This document shows, piece by piece, positions 37,471 through 47,193 of a stretch of 64,000 nt of DNA. The notes under the pieces were generated by a model. That model did not search any database, had not been told where the DNA came from, and was given only the letters and a program-made list of their open reading frames with translations. This stretch comes from Candidatus Dojkabacteria bacterium (GTDB lineage Bacteria > Patescibacteriota > Dojkabacteria > SC72). Positions within the stretch are counted from its first letter, which is position 1, and the number at the start of each line of letters is the position of its first letter. The position numbers and the translations under genes were made by a program. The DNA is taken from the NCBI GenBank assembly GCA_035271645.1, contig DATERJ010000012.1, positions 28,964 to 92,963 on the forward strand, given 5' to 3'.

Positions 37471-37926
37471 TCAACCCCTTCTCGTTATCTCATACAAAAC
37501 AGTAGTTGCACAGTTAGCAACATTCAAAGATTCCTTCTTACCTCTCATAGGGACAAAAATCTTCTTGTCTGAATCTTTTAAAATCTCTTCCCCTACTCCC
37601 ATCTTCTCATGACCAAATACTAATGCTAACTTATGAGGATACTTAACTTTTTGAAAATCCTCTGCATCTTCAGTTAATTCTACCGAATATATTGGAATAT
37701 TCTGCTCTCTAATCTCCTCTAATGCTTCTTGTGTAGTATCATAATGTTGGGAAGGAACCATATCTATTGCACCAAGAGCTGTCTTCTCTAGTTTAGGATT
37801 ATCAATATCCGCTGTCATACCACAAAGATATATCTTCTTTACACTCCCTGCTCCATCAGCAGATCTAAAAATACTACCAACATTAAAAACAGAACGAATA
37901 TTATCAAGTACAATATGTATCTCCAT
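37471..37926 (-). CDS. SpoU/TrmH family RNA 2'-O-methyltransferase
   Basis: LDNIRSVFNVGSIFR, LVFGHEKMGV, PMRGKKESLNVA. Confidence 0.92.
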   Translation of the reverse strand: MEIHIVLDNIRSVFNVGSIFRSADGAGSVKKIYLCGMTADIDNPKLEKTALGAIDMVPSQHYDTTQEALEEIREQNIPIYSVELTEDAEDFQKVKYPHKLALVFGHEKMGVGEEILKDSDKKIFVPMRGKKESLNVANCATTVLYEITRRG

Positions 37927-39935
37927 TATCTAAAAAGATTATCTAAAATATATTCCAAATCATTATCTTCCTTTATCAATTTCTTCGCAAATGTTCTAGC
38001 TCTTTTCAGAAGGTCAACATCATATATATCTGCTACTTTAAATATTGGAATACCAGACTGTCTAGTACCATATACTTCTCCTGGACCTCTTGTTTGTAGG
38101 TCATACTGTGCAACATCAAAACCAGAAGAATGTTTAGAAAAATACAAAAGTCTTTCTTCTGCAGGAGAACCTTTCTCAACAGAACTAGATGGTATTACAA
38201 AACAGTATGACTCTTTATCACTCCTACCTACCCTACCTCTAAGTTGATGTAACTGTGCAAGTCCAAATCTCTCTGCATCTTCCACCACCATAATTGTTGC
38301 ATCAGGTATATCAATACCAACTTCAATCACAGTTGTTGAAACAAGAATATCAATTTTCTTCTCTCTGAAATTTTCCAGTAGCTTACTCTTCTCTTCTTCC
38401 TTTAATTTCCCATGTAAGTATTTCACCTTCAAGCCTTTAAAGATTTCCTTTAGACTTTCATATTCATTCAATACTGATTTTCTTGTAGACTTCTCACTTT
38501 CTTCAATTAGTGGGTATATGAAGAAGGCTTGGTTTTCTCCTTTGCTCTCTAGAATTTTTTCTTTCACCCACTCAAAACACTCTAACCTTTTTCTTACTGG
38601 TGTGTAATATGTTTTTACTTCAATTCTTCCTTTTGGTTTCTCTTTAATCTCTGATACATCTAAACCTCCAAAGAAAATTTCTGTCAAACTTCGAGGAATG
38701 GGTGTAGCTGTCATAGTGAGATAGTGAGGGGAATATTTTCCTTTTTCTCTAAAGTACTCTCTCTGTTCTACTCCAAATCTATGTTGTTCATCAATTATCA
38801 CAAGATTTAAATCTTTAGGTAATGCCATATCATACAGAATTGCATGTGTGCCAATTATTAACTTGTTGTCTGCATCAGAGATATTCTTGTCTGATGAGAT
38901 GCAGAGTTCTATGTCGATATTGAAATCCTTAAAAAGTTTGTTAAATGTTTCAAAGTGTTGTTTTGCAAGTACTGTAGTTGGAGCTAGGAGAATTGAAGAG
39001 AAACCATTTTTAATACAGTTTAATATTGCAATTCCAGCTACAACTGTTTTTCCACTACCTACATCACCATTCAGAAGACGAGTCATTGGTATTGAATTGT
39101 TACAATCAGAGAGAATCTCTGCAACTGCTTTGTTTTGATCATCTGTTAATTTGTATGGAAGTGATTTTATAAAGTTGTTTAGAACTTTACTATCAAGAGG
39201 AATCTTTTTAGCCTTCTCTTTTCTTTTTGCTTCTTTTTCCCTCTCTATCTTAATTGCTACTCTTAACATTTCATCAAAAGAGAGTCTTTGTTTGGCCATA
39301 TCAATATCTTTCTGGTCTTTTGGAAAATGTATTTTTTCAATAGCTTTAGAAATGAAGGGCAACTTCAGGTTGCTTTTTTTAATGTTTTTTTCTAAGGGGT
39401 CATCTAGTATTTTAGGAATATCATCTTGAAGGTCTGCAATCTTTCTTCTTAACATTGCAGAAGTTAATCCTTTTGTTTCTGGATATACTCCTACTATCTT
39501 TCCTACATGTAGTTGTTTTTCTTTTTCGTATTTAAACTTTTCAAATTTAGGGTTGTATATATTTTTGGTTTTTCCATTCCTGCTAGTTGAATATTTAGCA
39601 TCGAAGAGATATATCTCACCCTTTTGTAATGTTTTCTGAAGGTATGATTGGTTAAAATATGTTAATCGAAGAGTATCTGTGTCGTCTTTTACCTTTACAG
39701 TAGTTATCTTTTTTCTAAAGTATGTTGTTTTTACATCTTCTATCTCTGCAAGAAATGTTCCTTCTCCTCTTTCCTTAAATTCTTTTATTGAGATAATTTC
39801 AGATGTGTCTTGGTATCTAAATGGTATATGAAAAAGAAGGTCTCTAACCGTATGTATTCCTAAGTTTTCATAGAGATACAGAGATTTAGGCCCAATGCCT
39901 TTTAATTCTGATATTGGTGTATCTTTGCTTAGCAT
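37926..39935 (-). CDS. recG: ATP-dependent DNA helicase RecG
   Basis: LKGIGPK, GDVGSGKT, DEQHRFG, TATPIPR, TTVIEVGID, AERFGLAQLHQLRGRVGR, RGPGE. Confidence 0.98.
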   Translation of the reverse strand: MLSKDTPISELKGIGPKSLYLYENLGIHTVRDLLFHIPFRYQDTSEIISIKEFKERGEGTFLAEIEDVKTTYFRKKITTVKVKDDTDTLRLTYFNQSYLQKTLQKGEIYLFDAKYSTSRNGKTKNIYNPKFEKFKYEKEKQLHVGKIVGVYPETKGLTSAMLRRKIADLQDDIPKILDDPLEKNIKKSNLKLPFISKAIEKIHFPKDQKDIDMAKQRLSFDEMLRVAIKIEREKEAKRKEKAKKIPLDSKVLNNFIKSLPYKLTDDQNKAVAEILSDCNNSIPMTRLLNGDVGSGKTVVAGIAILNCIKNGFSSILLAPTTVLAKQHFETFNKLFKDFNIDIELCISSDKNISDADNKLIIGTHAILYDMALPKDLNLVIIDEQHRFGVEQREYFREKGKYSPHYLTMTATPIPRSLTEIFFGGLDVSEIKEKPKGRIEVKTYYTPVRKRLECFEWVKEKILESKGENQAFFIYPLIEESEKSTRKSVLNEYESLKEIFKGLKVKYLHGKLKEEEKSKLLENFREKKIDILVSTTVIEVGIDIPDATIMVVEDAERFGLAQLHQLRGRVGRSDKESYCFVIPSSSVEKGSPAEERLLYFSKHSSGFDVAQYDLQTRGPGEVYGTRQSGIPIFKVADIYDVDLLKRARTFAKKLIKEDNDLEYILDNLFR

Positions 39936-39939
39936 CTTT

Positions 39940-40059
39940 TTAGAGGTTTGTGAGAACCAAAATCATTGGTACAAGAATACCTGCGAGCATAACTACTATT
40001 AGTATTATGTTTAGAATGGTTCTTGCTTTTTGTTTTGTTTTTTTCTTTATTTTTGCCAT
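39940..40059 (-). CDS. Small single-TM peptide MAKIKKKTKQKARTILNIILIVVMLAGILVPMILVLTNL
   Basis: 39-aa ORF below the track cutoff; basic N-terminus plus hydrophobic helix; stop 4 nt before recG. Confidence 0.6.
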   Translation of the reverse strand: MAKIKKKTKQKARTILNIILIVVMLAGILVPMILVLTNL

Positions 40060-40106
40060 ATTCTATTCTATCTCTTTTTGGAGGGTTTTGTAAATTACTA
40101 AAAGCG

Positions 40107-40865
40107 TTACTTCTTCTTTGGTGAGATATATGCCATGTATTCGCTGATGACTTTATTGGGTTCACCAATGTCTTTGACTTCTCCACCCTCTAACCACAGA
40201 ACTTCATCACACACTTCTTTTAGTTGTCCCATATTGTGAGAAACGATTATAACTGTTTTGGTTTTATCAAAGATAATTTCTTTAATCTTGTTAAAACTTT
40301 TCTCTCTAAAGGAAGTATCTCCAACCGACAGAATTTCATCTATTAGGATAATGTCAGCTTCGAAAATTGCTGTGATGGAGAAAGCTAGTTTAGAAACCAT
40401 TCCTGAAGAATATGTACTTATTGGTTTGTATATGAAGTCTCCCAGTTCAGAAAATTCAATAATTTCATCTATTTTAGATTCTATTTGACTTTTGCTAAAA
40501 CCTAGAAGGAGTCCTGATATGTAAATGTTCTCATAACCTGTAAGTCTACTTTTAAATCCTACTCCAATTGCTTGCAATGATACTGTATTATTAAACAGCT
40601 CTATTGTTCCCTCATCGGGAGAGAATATTCCTGCAATAGCTTTTAGGAGGGTAGATTTACCACTACCATTCGAACCGATGACACCAAGAATTTTACCTTC
40701 TTCTAATTCAAAGTTAACATTTTTTAAAGCTTGGAAGTAATCGGATTTAACTCCTTTGAGTTTTAATAGGTTTCTTTTTATAGAATACGGCTGAATGATA
40801 CGGTAACTGAGTGATACATTTGTTAATCTTAATGCTATGTTTTTCTTTTCTTTCTCCTTGCTCAT
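40107..40865 (-). CDS. Polysaccharide/teichoic acid ABC exporter ATPase (TagH/Wzt-like)
   Basis: GSNGSGKSTLL, TYSSGM, IDEILSVGD..F, VSH. Confidence 0.92.
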   Translation of the reverse strand: MSKEKEKKNIALRLTNVSLSYRIIQPYSIKRNLLKLKGVKSDYFQALKNVNFELEEGKILGVIGSNGSGKSTLLKAIAGIFSPDEGTIELFNNTVSLQAIGVGFKSRLTGYENIYISGLLLGFSKSQIESKIDEIIEFSELGDFIYKPISTYSSGMVSKLAFSITAIFEADIILIDEILSVGDTSFREKSFNKIKEIIFDKTKTVIIVSHNMGQLKEVCDEVLWLEGGEVKDIGEPNKVISEYMAYISPKKK

Positions 40866-40870
40866 GATTC

Positions 40871-41653
40871 TTAAGATATCTTGGCGTAAGAGTTCTCATG
40901 CTTTTGTACTATGTGAATACCGGTAATAATGAGAACAATTGAAATAGCCAACCAAATTAAATAATATTTTATGTTTAATCCTTTTTCATATAGCATAACG
41001 TTTCTCATTTGATCTATAATGAACGCTATTGGGTTGCAAGTTAATAGTATTTTGTTAAAAGGTGCAGGAACTCTGCTTCCAATGTCATAGAAGATACCTG
41101 TTAGATAGAATACTATTTTCAAAGTAATGTTTGTTAAGTTAAATAAATCTTCAACATATACCCCAAAGTGTAGTAGAAACAGGGATATGCCAAAAGATAT
41201 TAGGTATAATAGAAGTAATAAAGGTAAGAACCATAATATGTTAATGGTTATAGGAACTTTTAATATGAAAAGTAAGATGAATATTAGAGTATAAGAGATT
41301 AGGCTCTTGAATAAGTAAACAAAGCTTTTTTGTAGTAACAAAATATATTTAGGAACGTAAATCTTACTAGTAATATGTTTATGGTCTCTTATCGCTTTTA
41401 CAGAACCAGATAACATTAGATTGAAGAAATTCCAGCTTGTCAATGCTATTAGTACAAAAGCTGGGAAGTAGTCTTCTGCTGATTTAAAGACAACTTTACC
41501 AATGAAGATGTAGATTAAAGTAAAAGCTAAAGGGTCGAGTATCCACCAAAACCAGTTGAGATAGGAGTTTGCAACCTCGCTTTTTAAATCAGACTTTGCT
41601 GAATAAACAGAATAGAAAAAATATTTTTTTAGATTCTCAAAGAATTTTAACAT
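40871..41653 (-). CDS. Polysaccharide/teichoic acid ABC exporter permease (TagG/Wzm-like)
   Basis: S.L.W.W.ILDPL, FYLTGIFY, NP motifs; adjacent to the ATPase. Confidence 0.9.
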   Translation of the reverse strand: MLKFFENLKKYFFYSVYSAKSDLKSEVANSYLNWFWWILDPLAFTLIYIFIGKVVFKSAEDYFPAFVLIALTSWNFFNLMLSGSVKAIRDHKHITSKIYVPKYILLLQKSFVYLFKSLISYTLIFILLFILKVPITINILWFLPLLLLLYLISFGISLFLLHFGVYVEDLFNLTNITLKIVFYLTGIFYDIGSRVPAPFNKILLTCNPIAFIIDQMRNVMLYEKGLNIKYYLIWLAISIVLIITGIHIVQKHENSYAKIS

Positions 41654-42693
41654 GTCTCTTCTTCTAAATGCTTAATTGTTCTTGCAAAGCCATCCTTTAG
41701 ATCATATCTTCCTTTATATCCTAAACCTTTGATCTTTTCATTGGATAGTATTCCTAATGAGAAAGGAGCATAGGAAGCATTCTTTGTCTCCTGAACTTTT
41801 TGAACGACTTTGATTTTGTCACTAAAACTAGCAATGAGTTCTGCTAACTCTTTAATACTAATCTCATTCTCAGGATCGGAGACATTGTAAATGAGTTCTT
41901 CCTTTGGTGCAAGTAGGAGTACTTTAAACATTGCGTTGATAGCATCACCTATATAGGTATAGGTTCTCCTAGCTTCTCCTGTACTGTTCATGACTATGTC
42001 TTCATTGTTCATATAGTTTAGGAGGAAATCTGACTGAACTCGTCCATCGTGTATATTAATTCCAGGTCCGTATGTATGAGCTAGACGAACGGCTTTAACA
42101 TTTAAATCATATTGATATTGGTAACATGCTAGTAGGTTTTCTGCATTTTTTTTGCTTTCGGAGTAAGAGTTTCTAACTATTAAATGATCTAACTTTCCAT
42201 ATGGACCTTCTTCATAGAAAAATTTCTGGTCACTTGCAGCTTCTCCATAGATTTCTCTTGATGAAATGAATAGATATCCTTTACTGTTACTCTCTTTTGC
42301 AAGTTTTAATGTATTTATTGTTCCAAGAGTATTTGCTAGATTAACTCCTAATGGGTCAACCTTCATAACCTTAGGACTAGCAGGCCCAGCGGTATGTATT
42401 ACATAATCGATTTTCTCATCAATCTTTATTTCCTCTGTCACATCTTGTATCAAAAATTTAATGGTTTTATCTTCTTGTATTTCCTTAGGAAGTTTATCTT
42501 TATTTCTAACAAGCAATATAATTTTGTGGTTTTTGTTGTATAGCTTGTTTAATAAATATACCGTGTAGAGGAAATATCCTCCTATTAAGCCTGTTGCACC
42601 TGTGATAAAAAAAGTACTATCCGCTAAATCTAGAAGATTGTTGTCCTTTATTATGTTTTCAACATCTTCTTTTATAATGCTGGTGATTTTCAT
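41647..42693 (-). CDS. NAD-dependent epimerase/dehydratase (extended SDR), likely pentulose-phosphate/CDP-pentulose reductase
   Basis: ITGATGLIG, SSREIYG, YSESK, HTYGPG; next to an IspD/TarI-type cytidylyltransferase. Confidence 0.8.
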   Translation of the reverse strand: MKITSIIKEDVENIIKDNNLLDLADSTFFITGATGLIGGYFLYTVYLLNKLYNKNHKIILLVRNKDKLPKEIQEDKTIKFLIQDVTEEIKIDEKIDYVIHTAGPASPKVMKVDPLGVNLANTLGTINTLKLAKESNSKGYLFISSREIYGEAASDQKFFYEEGPYGKLDHLIVRNSYSESKKNAENLLACYQYQYDLNVKAVRLAHTYGPGINIHDGRVQSDFLLNYMNNEDIVMNSTGEARRTYTYIGDAINAMFKVLLLAPKEELIYNVSDPENEISIKELAELIASFSDKIKVVQKVQETKNASYAPFSLGILSNEKIKGLGYKGRYDLKDGFARTIKHLEEETC

Positions 42694-42715
42694 TTATTTA
42701 ATATGATGATTTAAA

Positions 42716-43435
42716 TTAGTTAAATACTTCCTGATAATCCTCTGCACTTAATATGCCTAACAATCTATATATATCATCTCGTGTGGTTATTTTAATGTTT
42801 CGTCTGTGACATTCAACTGTCTTTATCTTTTTACCAAAGGACTTCATAAGAGTACAATTGTCAATGATTCCTTCGTAGTTAGGGTTAACCTTTCTTACCT
42901 TTTTGTGAGCTTCAAAAACTTCTTTGAGAAAGAAGGTCTGAGGAGCTTTTGCAACAAAACATGTGTTTCTGTCTATTACATCTTTCACTCTGAGGTTCTT
43001 ATCGAGTATGACAGGAGTTTCATAGAGTTTTGAAACAGTTACCGCAGCACCATGTTTTCTACAAGTTTTGATGTTTTTGCTAATTAGTTCTTGGTCGATA
43101 AGGGGTCTGACACCATCATGGATTAAGACTACATCATCATCGTGAGCATTTTTAGAAGCTTCCCGTAGACCAATGTAAATCGAGTCCATTCCAGTTTTTC
43201 CTCCTGTGAAGACTTTTATTTTTGTAAGTTTGTTTTCTTTAATTAAATCTTTCATGTATTCCTCATAACCGGATTTTATTACTAAAAATATCTCATCTAT
43301 TTCAGGGTGGCATACAAAATTGTTAAGTGTATGGATAATTATTTGTTTACCTCTATATTTAATAAATTGCTTTGGTTTTTCGTGTTTCATTCTCTCGCCT
43401 ACTCCACCTGCAAAAATGACTGCTTTGTTTTTCAT
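42716..43435 (-). CDS. IspD/TarI-family polyol-phosphate cytidylyltransferase
   Basis: FAGGVGERM..KPKQF, IHDGVRP, APQTF, NIKITT.DD. Confidence 0.9.
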   Translation of the reverse strand: MKNKAVIFAGGVGERMKHEKPKQFIKYRGKQIIIHTLNNFVCHPEIDEIFLVIKSGYEEYMKDLIKENKLTKIKVFTGGKTGMDSIYIGLREASKNAHDDDVVLIHDGVRPLIDQELISKNIKTCRKHGAAVTVSKLYETPVILDKNLRVKDVIDRNTCFVAKAPQTFFLKEVFEAHKKVRKVNPNYEGIIDNCTLMKSFGKKIKTVECHRRNIKITTRDDIYRLLGILSAEDYQEVFN

Positions 43436-44556
43436 GTTATTTTCCCTTCTTTTAAAATAAATTTAACTAACTTCTCATTAGCATTATCGATGTTTACAAC
43501 ATACTTTTTCCTCTTGTTCTGATAGAAAGTTAAATCTTCCTTCTGAATCTTTGAGTTGATTCTCTTTTGTAACTCTTTTCTATCCTTAAATACGTATCCT
43601 TTATATTCTTTCTCAATATCTATTGTCAAACCTCTATCTTCTACATATTGGTTTAAATCAGGGACATACAAAAATACGACAATATCTCTAACCATTGCAT
43701 CATATATAACACAAGAGTAATCACTGATTAATTTATCTGAAACAAACAAGAAATCGAAGGTAGTGTGTTCTTGATCATAAATCACTCTATTGTTCTCCTT
43801 TGTAAGATTTTTGATTTTGATTCGATCCTTCTCATCTAGTGGGTGAAGACTCAGTATTAAATTATGTTTCGAAAAATCAACAATAGAGAGTATGTCTTTT
43901 ATATTTTCTAATACGAGATTGTTATTTTTGAATGTGGGTGCAAATGTAATGTTTTCCCTCTCTTTTAATACTGGATATTTTTGATAAAGTTCATCTTGGA
44001 TCTCCTTTTCATATTTTTTGTTGTTTAGTAAATCTACTCTAGGGAGAGAATAGATATGAACATAACTACTGTCATATCCAAATCCTTCTGCTAAATCTTT
44101 AGCGTATTCTTTGGAGGATGCTATTATATAATCATATTGTTTATGCATATTTAAGGAGTGTGCAATGTTTTCACCTCTTCCATCTTTCTTCCCAATAATT
44201 TGCTTTCCAAATTTTTTCATTGTTCCCATGGAATGCCATATCTGAAAGACTTTTAACTCTTCTTTATGTGTAAAATTACTTACAGCTAGGGAATAACCAT
44301 CAATAATTACAACTTTTGAATTGGCAATATTAAACAGGTCTTTTAGAAGTACTAAGTAGTAGGATGGGGAGTATTTTACTTTATGACAAGAAACATAAGT
44401 CTCTATTCCTTTTTCTTTAAGGCTTGCTATCAATAATTGGAAGTCTAAACCTGGAGTATTACCTTGTCTTGATAGGAAACATACCTTGTTTCTAATCTTC
44501 CTCTTTTTAAAGAAGTGATATATGAAAGAGGTAAGTTTTATAAGAATTTTAATCAC
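43432..44556 (-). CDS. CDP-glycerol/CDP-ribitol phosphotransferase (TagB/TagF/TarK-like)
   Basis: QIWHS.G..KKFG, LPRVD, FAPTF, LHP, ISDYS. Confidence 0.88.
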   Translation of the reverse strand: MIKILIKLTSFIYHFFKKRKIRNKVCFLSRQGNTPGLDFQLLIASLKEKGIETYVSCHKVKYSPSYYLVLLKDLFNIANSKVVIIDGYSLAVSNFTHKEELKVFQIWHSMGTMKKFGKQIIGKKDGRGENIAHSLNMHKQYDYIIASSKEYAKDLAEGFGYDSSYVHIYSLPRVDLLNNKKYEKEIQDELYQKYPVLKERENITFAPTFKNNNLVLENIKDILSIVDFSKHNLILSLHPLDEKDRIKIKNLTKENNRVIYDQEHTTFDFLFVSDKLISDYSCVIYDAMVRDIVVFLYVPDLNQYVEDRGLTIDIEKEYKGYVFKDRKELQKRINSKIQKEDLTFYQNKRKKYVVNIDNANEKLVKFILKEGKIT

Positions 44557-46960
44557 TTGATTTCTTGTTAAAAATTACTTCATCAACTATCTTTTTGCAA
44601 CTGTTACCAGTTGGAATCTCAACCTCCAATTTCTTAAATGTCTTTTGCCAATCTTGAACCTCCAAGTCGTGTAGAGAATCAATTAGCTCCATCGTATTAG
44701 AAGATGGGTTAGAGCCCTCGAATTCTTCTAGTTTTCTGTGAGTTGCTCCTATGTGTTGGTATCTGTCTTTATCAGGAGCAAAGAATTTAATAGGGATATC
44801 TAAAAGCGCTGCTTCATATATATTTGATGAGAAATCGGTTATTAAGCAGTCAGTTATGAACAATAATTCATTGAAATCTGGGTAATTACTAAAATTTAGA
44901 ATGTGTTTGTAATTATTAAAGTCTATATCTATCTCTTTAACAAAAGGATGCATTTTCACTAAGAAAAGGCAGTTGTTCTCTTTGCAAAACTCCTCTATTT
45001 TATTAAAATCTAACCAATCAAAGTTGTAATATGCTGATTCTTGTCCACCACCTCTAAATGTTGGAGCAAATAAAAGAATCTTCTTGTTTTTCAAATTAGG
45101 ATACTTTTTATAGAAGCTTTTTCTCACATCATCTTTCTTTTCTAAAAAGCCATCTAATCTAGGCAAACCAGAAACGATAAATTTGTCTTTCGAGATTCCA
45201 AAAACATCTTGATATATTTCCACAAGTTTTTTTGTTGGAGCTATCGCTTTGGTGTATTTCCTGTGTGAAGAAACTGCAATATCTGGTCCTGATGGTTTTC
45301 CAAACCTTGCATACCCTACTGATTTAAAACCTACACCTGCATGCCATACTTGGACTAGCTCGACATCCTTATCTAAGTCTAAAAAGTTAAAAATCGGGGT
45401 ATAGTTGTCAACAAAGATGTAGTATGAAATACCTATGTTTATTATGCATTTTAATAGACTGAAAATGTTTTTCTCTTGGAATATATTAGCTGTACTTATT
45501 AGGAGTTTTAAATCAGTATTTTTTTGCATGTATTCGTATAAAGCTTTTAGGTTACCTCCAAGTTCTTTTGAGTTTACTGTTAGAAATAGAACTTTTTTCT
45601 TACCAAAGCGCCTAAAGGGATAAAGTACTTTATATAGAAGCATCATACTAAGTTTGCCAAGTGCAAATAGAATTCTTTTATACAATTTCCCCTTGTCTGA
45701 CATAATCCTTTTAGGATTGGGTTTTTCCACTTTCTTATAAAAGTTGAAATTGATTGCTGGGGTCTCCTCATCAAAGGTAAGAAAAGCGAGATACTGCATG
45801 TCTTTACCATATCTAAAATGGCGATCACACTCATCGATTTGGGGATATAGGGACTCACATAGCTTTATATCCTTGTAATTGTAGTGAAAGTTATATTTTC
45901 CAAATAGGAATCTGTCTTTATTCTCAACATTAACAATGTTGATTTTAAAGTGACAGGGTTTGACTTTTATCATAGGGATTTTCTCTTCGTTAGCTGTGCG
46001 GTATAAGAATAATTGTGGAAGCTCCTCAGTTAATATTAGATTAAGATATGTTCCTGTCCAGTAAATATCTTTTATTTTTATTTCATTCATATTTGTAATT
46101 GGTGTGTTAGATATATATTTTTTTTGTTTTTCTTCAAAACGTTTTATTGCGAATCTGTTTCTAGAGTTACTTAGTTCTTTAAGAACCTTTTCTTTTAAGT
46201 ATGGGTTTTGTTTGGCAATCAATTCGTTGTCTAATTCGTAGAAAGAGAGAGTGTCTTCATCCTCTTGAAAAAAGAATTGCTCATGCTCATCCTGTGTTAT
46301 CTTCTTGTATTTGTTATTAACGACATCATGTATTTCATCTCTTGTCCAAATGACCTCCTCATTTAAAATTTTTGCTGGAGTTCCTCCTATGGAAACATTT
46401 GAAGGAAATGTTTTGGAACCGAAAATGCCTGCTCTAGCTCCCACAATACTACCACTTCCAATGGTTGTTCCTTTGCTAATAAAGGCATTAGCTCCAATCC
46501 AAACATAATCTCCAACAAGGACAGAGGCATTTGGGTTTATGAGTTCTTCTCCCTCTACTTTATATACACTATGTGCATCTGTTGTCCTAATAGTGATGTT
46601 TTCAGAGAGCATGGCTTCATTTCCAATGAAAACGTTTGTATCGCTAGCAATAATCCCAGTAAATGGGGTTTTGGTTTTGATTGAAGCATTCTCTCCAAAA
46701 TAGAAAGAAGCATTGCTCCACAAATCAATCCTCAAATTAAGAAAATTTTTGGTGTTTTTAGTTCTTTTTGCTATATAGACAAGAGAATTATTGCCTAAAA
46801 ATCTAATGTCGGCTTTGTGTAGATTGATTCCTTTTTCTATGATTAGTAGGTTATTTTTAGAATCTTCCTTGAAAGAAATTACAGACTCGTTTAATTCACC
46901 TTCGCAGATAACTTTGTTCTTTCCTATATTACCTCCTTCTTTCCTGTATTGTAGATACAT
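44549..46960 (-). CDS. Fusion of hexapeptide-repeat O-acetyltransferase and CDP-polyol phosphotransferase/polymerase
   Basis: N-terminal TTDAHS, VGDYVWIG, KGTTIGSGSIVGA, GTPAK; C-terminal QVWHAG.GFK.VG, GLPRLD, FAPTFRG, KMHP, ITDFSS..YE. Confidence 0.85.
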   Translation of the reverse strand: MYLQYRKEGGNIGKNKVICEGELNESVISFKEDSKNNLLIIEKGINLHKADIRFLGNNSLVYIAKRTKNTKNFLNLRIDLWSNASFYFGENASIKTKTPFTGIIASDTNVFIGNEAMLSENITIRTTDAHSVYKVEGEELINPNASVLVGDYVWIGANAFISKGTTIGSGSIVGARAGIFGSKTFPSNVSIGGTPAKILNEEVIWTRDEIHDVVNNKYKKITQDEHEQFFFQEDEDTLSFYELDNELIAKQNPYLKEKVLKELSNSRNRFAIKRFEEKQKKYISNTPITNMNEIKIKDIYWTGTYLNLILTEELPQLFLYRTANEEKIPMIKVKPCHFKINIVNVENKDRFLFGKYNFHYNYKDIKLCESLYPQIDECDRHFRYGKDMQYLAFLTFDEETPAINFNFYKKVEKPNPKRIMSDKGKLYKRILFALGKLSMMLLYKVLYPFRRFGKKKVLFLTVNSKELGGNLKALYEYMQKNTDLKLLISTANIFQEKNIFSLLKCIINIGISYYIFVDNYTPIFNFLDLDKDVELVQVWHAGVGFKSVGYARFGKPSGPDIAVSSHRKYTKAIAPTKKLVEIYQDVFGISKDKFIVSGLPRLDGFLEKKDDVRKSFYKKYPNLKNKKILLFAPTFRGGGQESAYYNFDWLDFNKIEEFCKENNCLFLVKMHPFVKEIDIDFNNYKHILNFSNYPDFNELLFITDCLITDFSSNIYEAALLDIPIKFFAPDKDRYQHIGATHRKLEEFEGSNPSSNTMELIDSLHDLEVQDWQKTFKKLEVEIPTGNSCKKIVDEVIFNKKSSD

Positions 46961-47074
46961 GTGGTTTTCTTGTTTAAAGTTAAGTACTTTAAATTTTTTA
47001 TAATTTATTTCCTTTGAGGGGTACTGGATTATATATATTTATGTATTTATATTCAAGATTTTTCACCCACGATG

Positions 47075-47193
47075 TTGATACTATGGGTTGTTTATGGTAT
47101 AATTCATCTGTCAATTCAAACGAACTGACGCTCTTTTACAACTTACTTCAAAGAAAACAAACCATCCGTAACAAAAAGAAAGGAAAGGAAAAA
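47075..47193 (+). promoter_or_regulatory. Promoter and leader of stand-alone gene C (TTGATA-17-TGnTATAAT, hairpin, boxA-like, SD)
   Basis: TTGATA 47075-80, TATAAT 47098-103, GTCAATTC/GAACTGAC hairpin 47110-29, GCTCTTTTACAA 47130-41, CAAAAAGAAAGGAAAGG. Confidence 0.75.

Noticed and set aside
39929-40186. 85-aa ORF between the ABC ATPase and recG
   Set aside because: Overlaps both neighbours and has no coherent composition; the 39-aa TM peptide in another frame is more plausible
42716-43435. ispD as evidence of a MEP isoprenoid pathway
   Set aside because: Context with an SDR reductase, TagF-family enzymes and an ABC exporter points to CDP-polyol synthesis
47014-47193. N-terminal 60 aa of the SPFH ORF (likewise 31986-32036 and 53175-53234 extensions)
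   Set aside because: These stretches contain promoter or leader elements or overlap a divergent gene; downstream starts fit better
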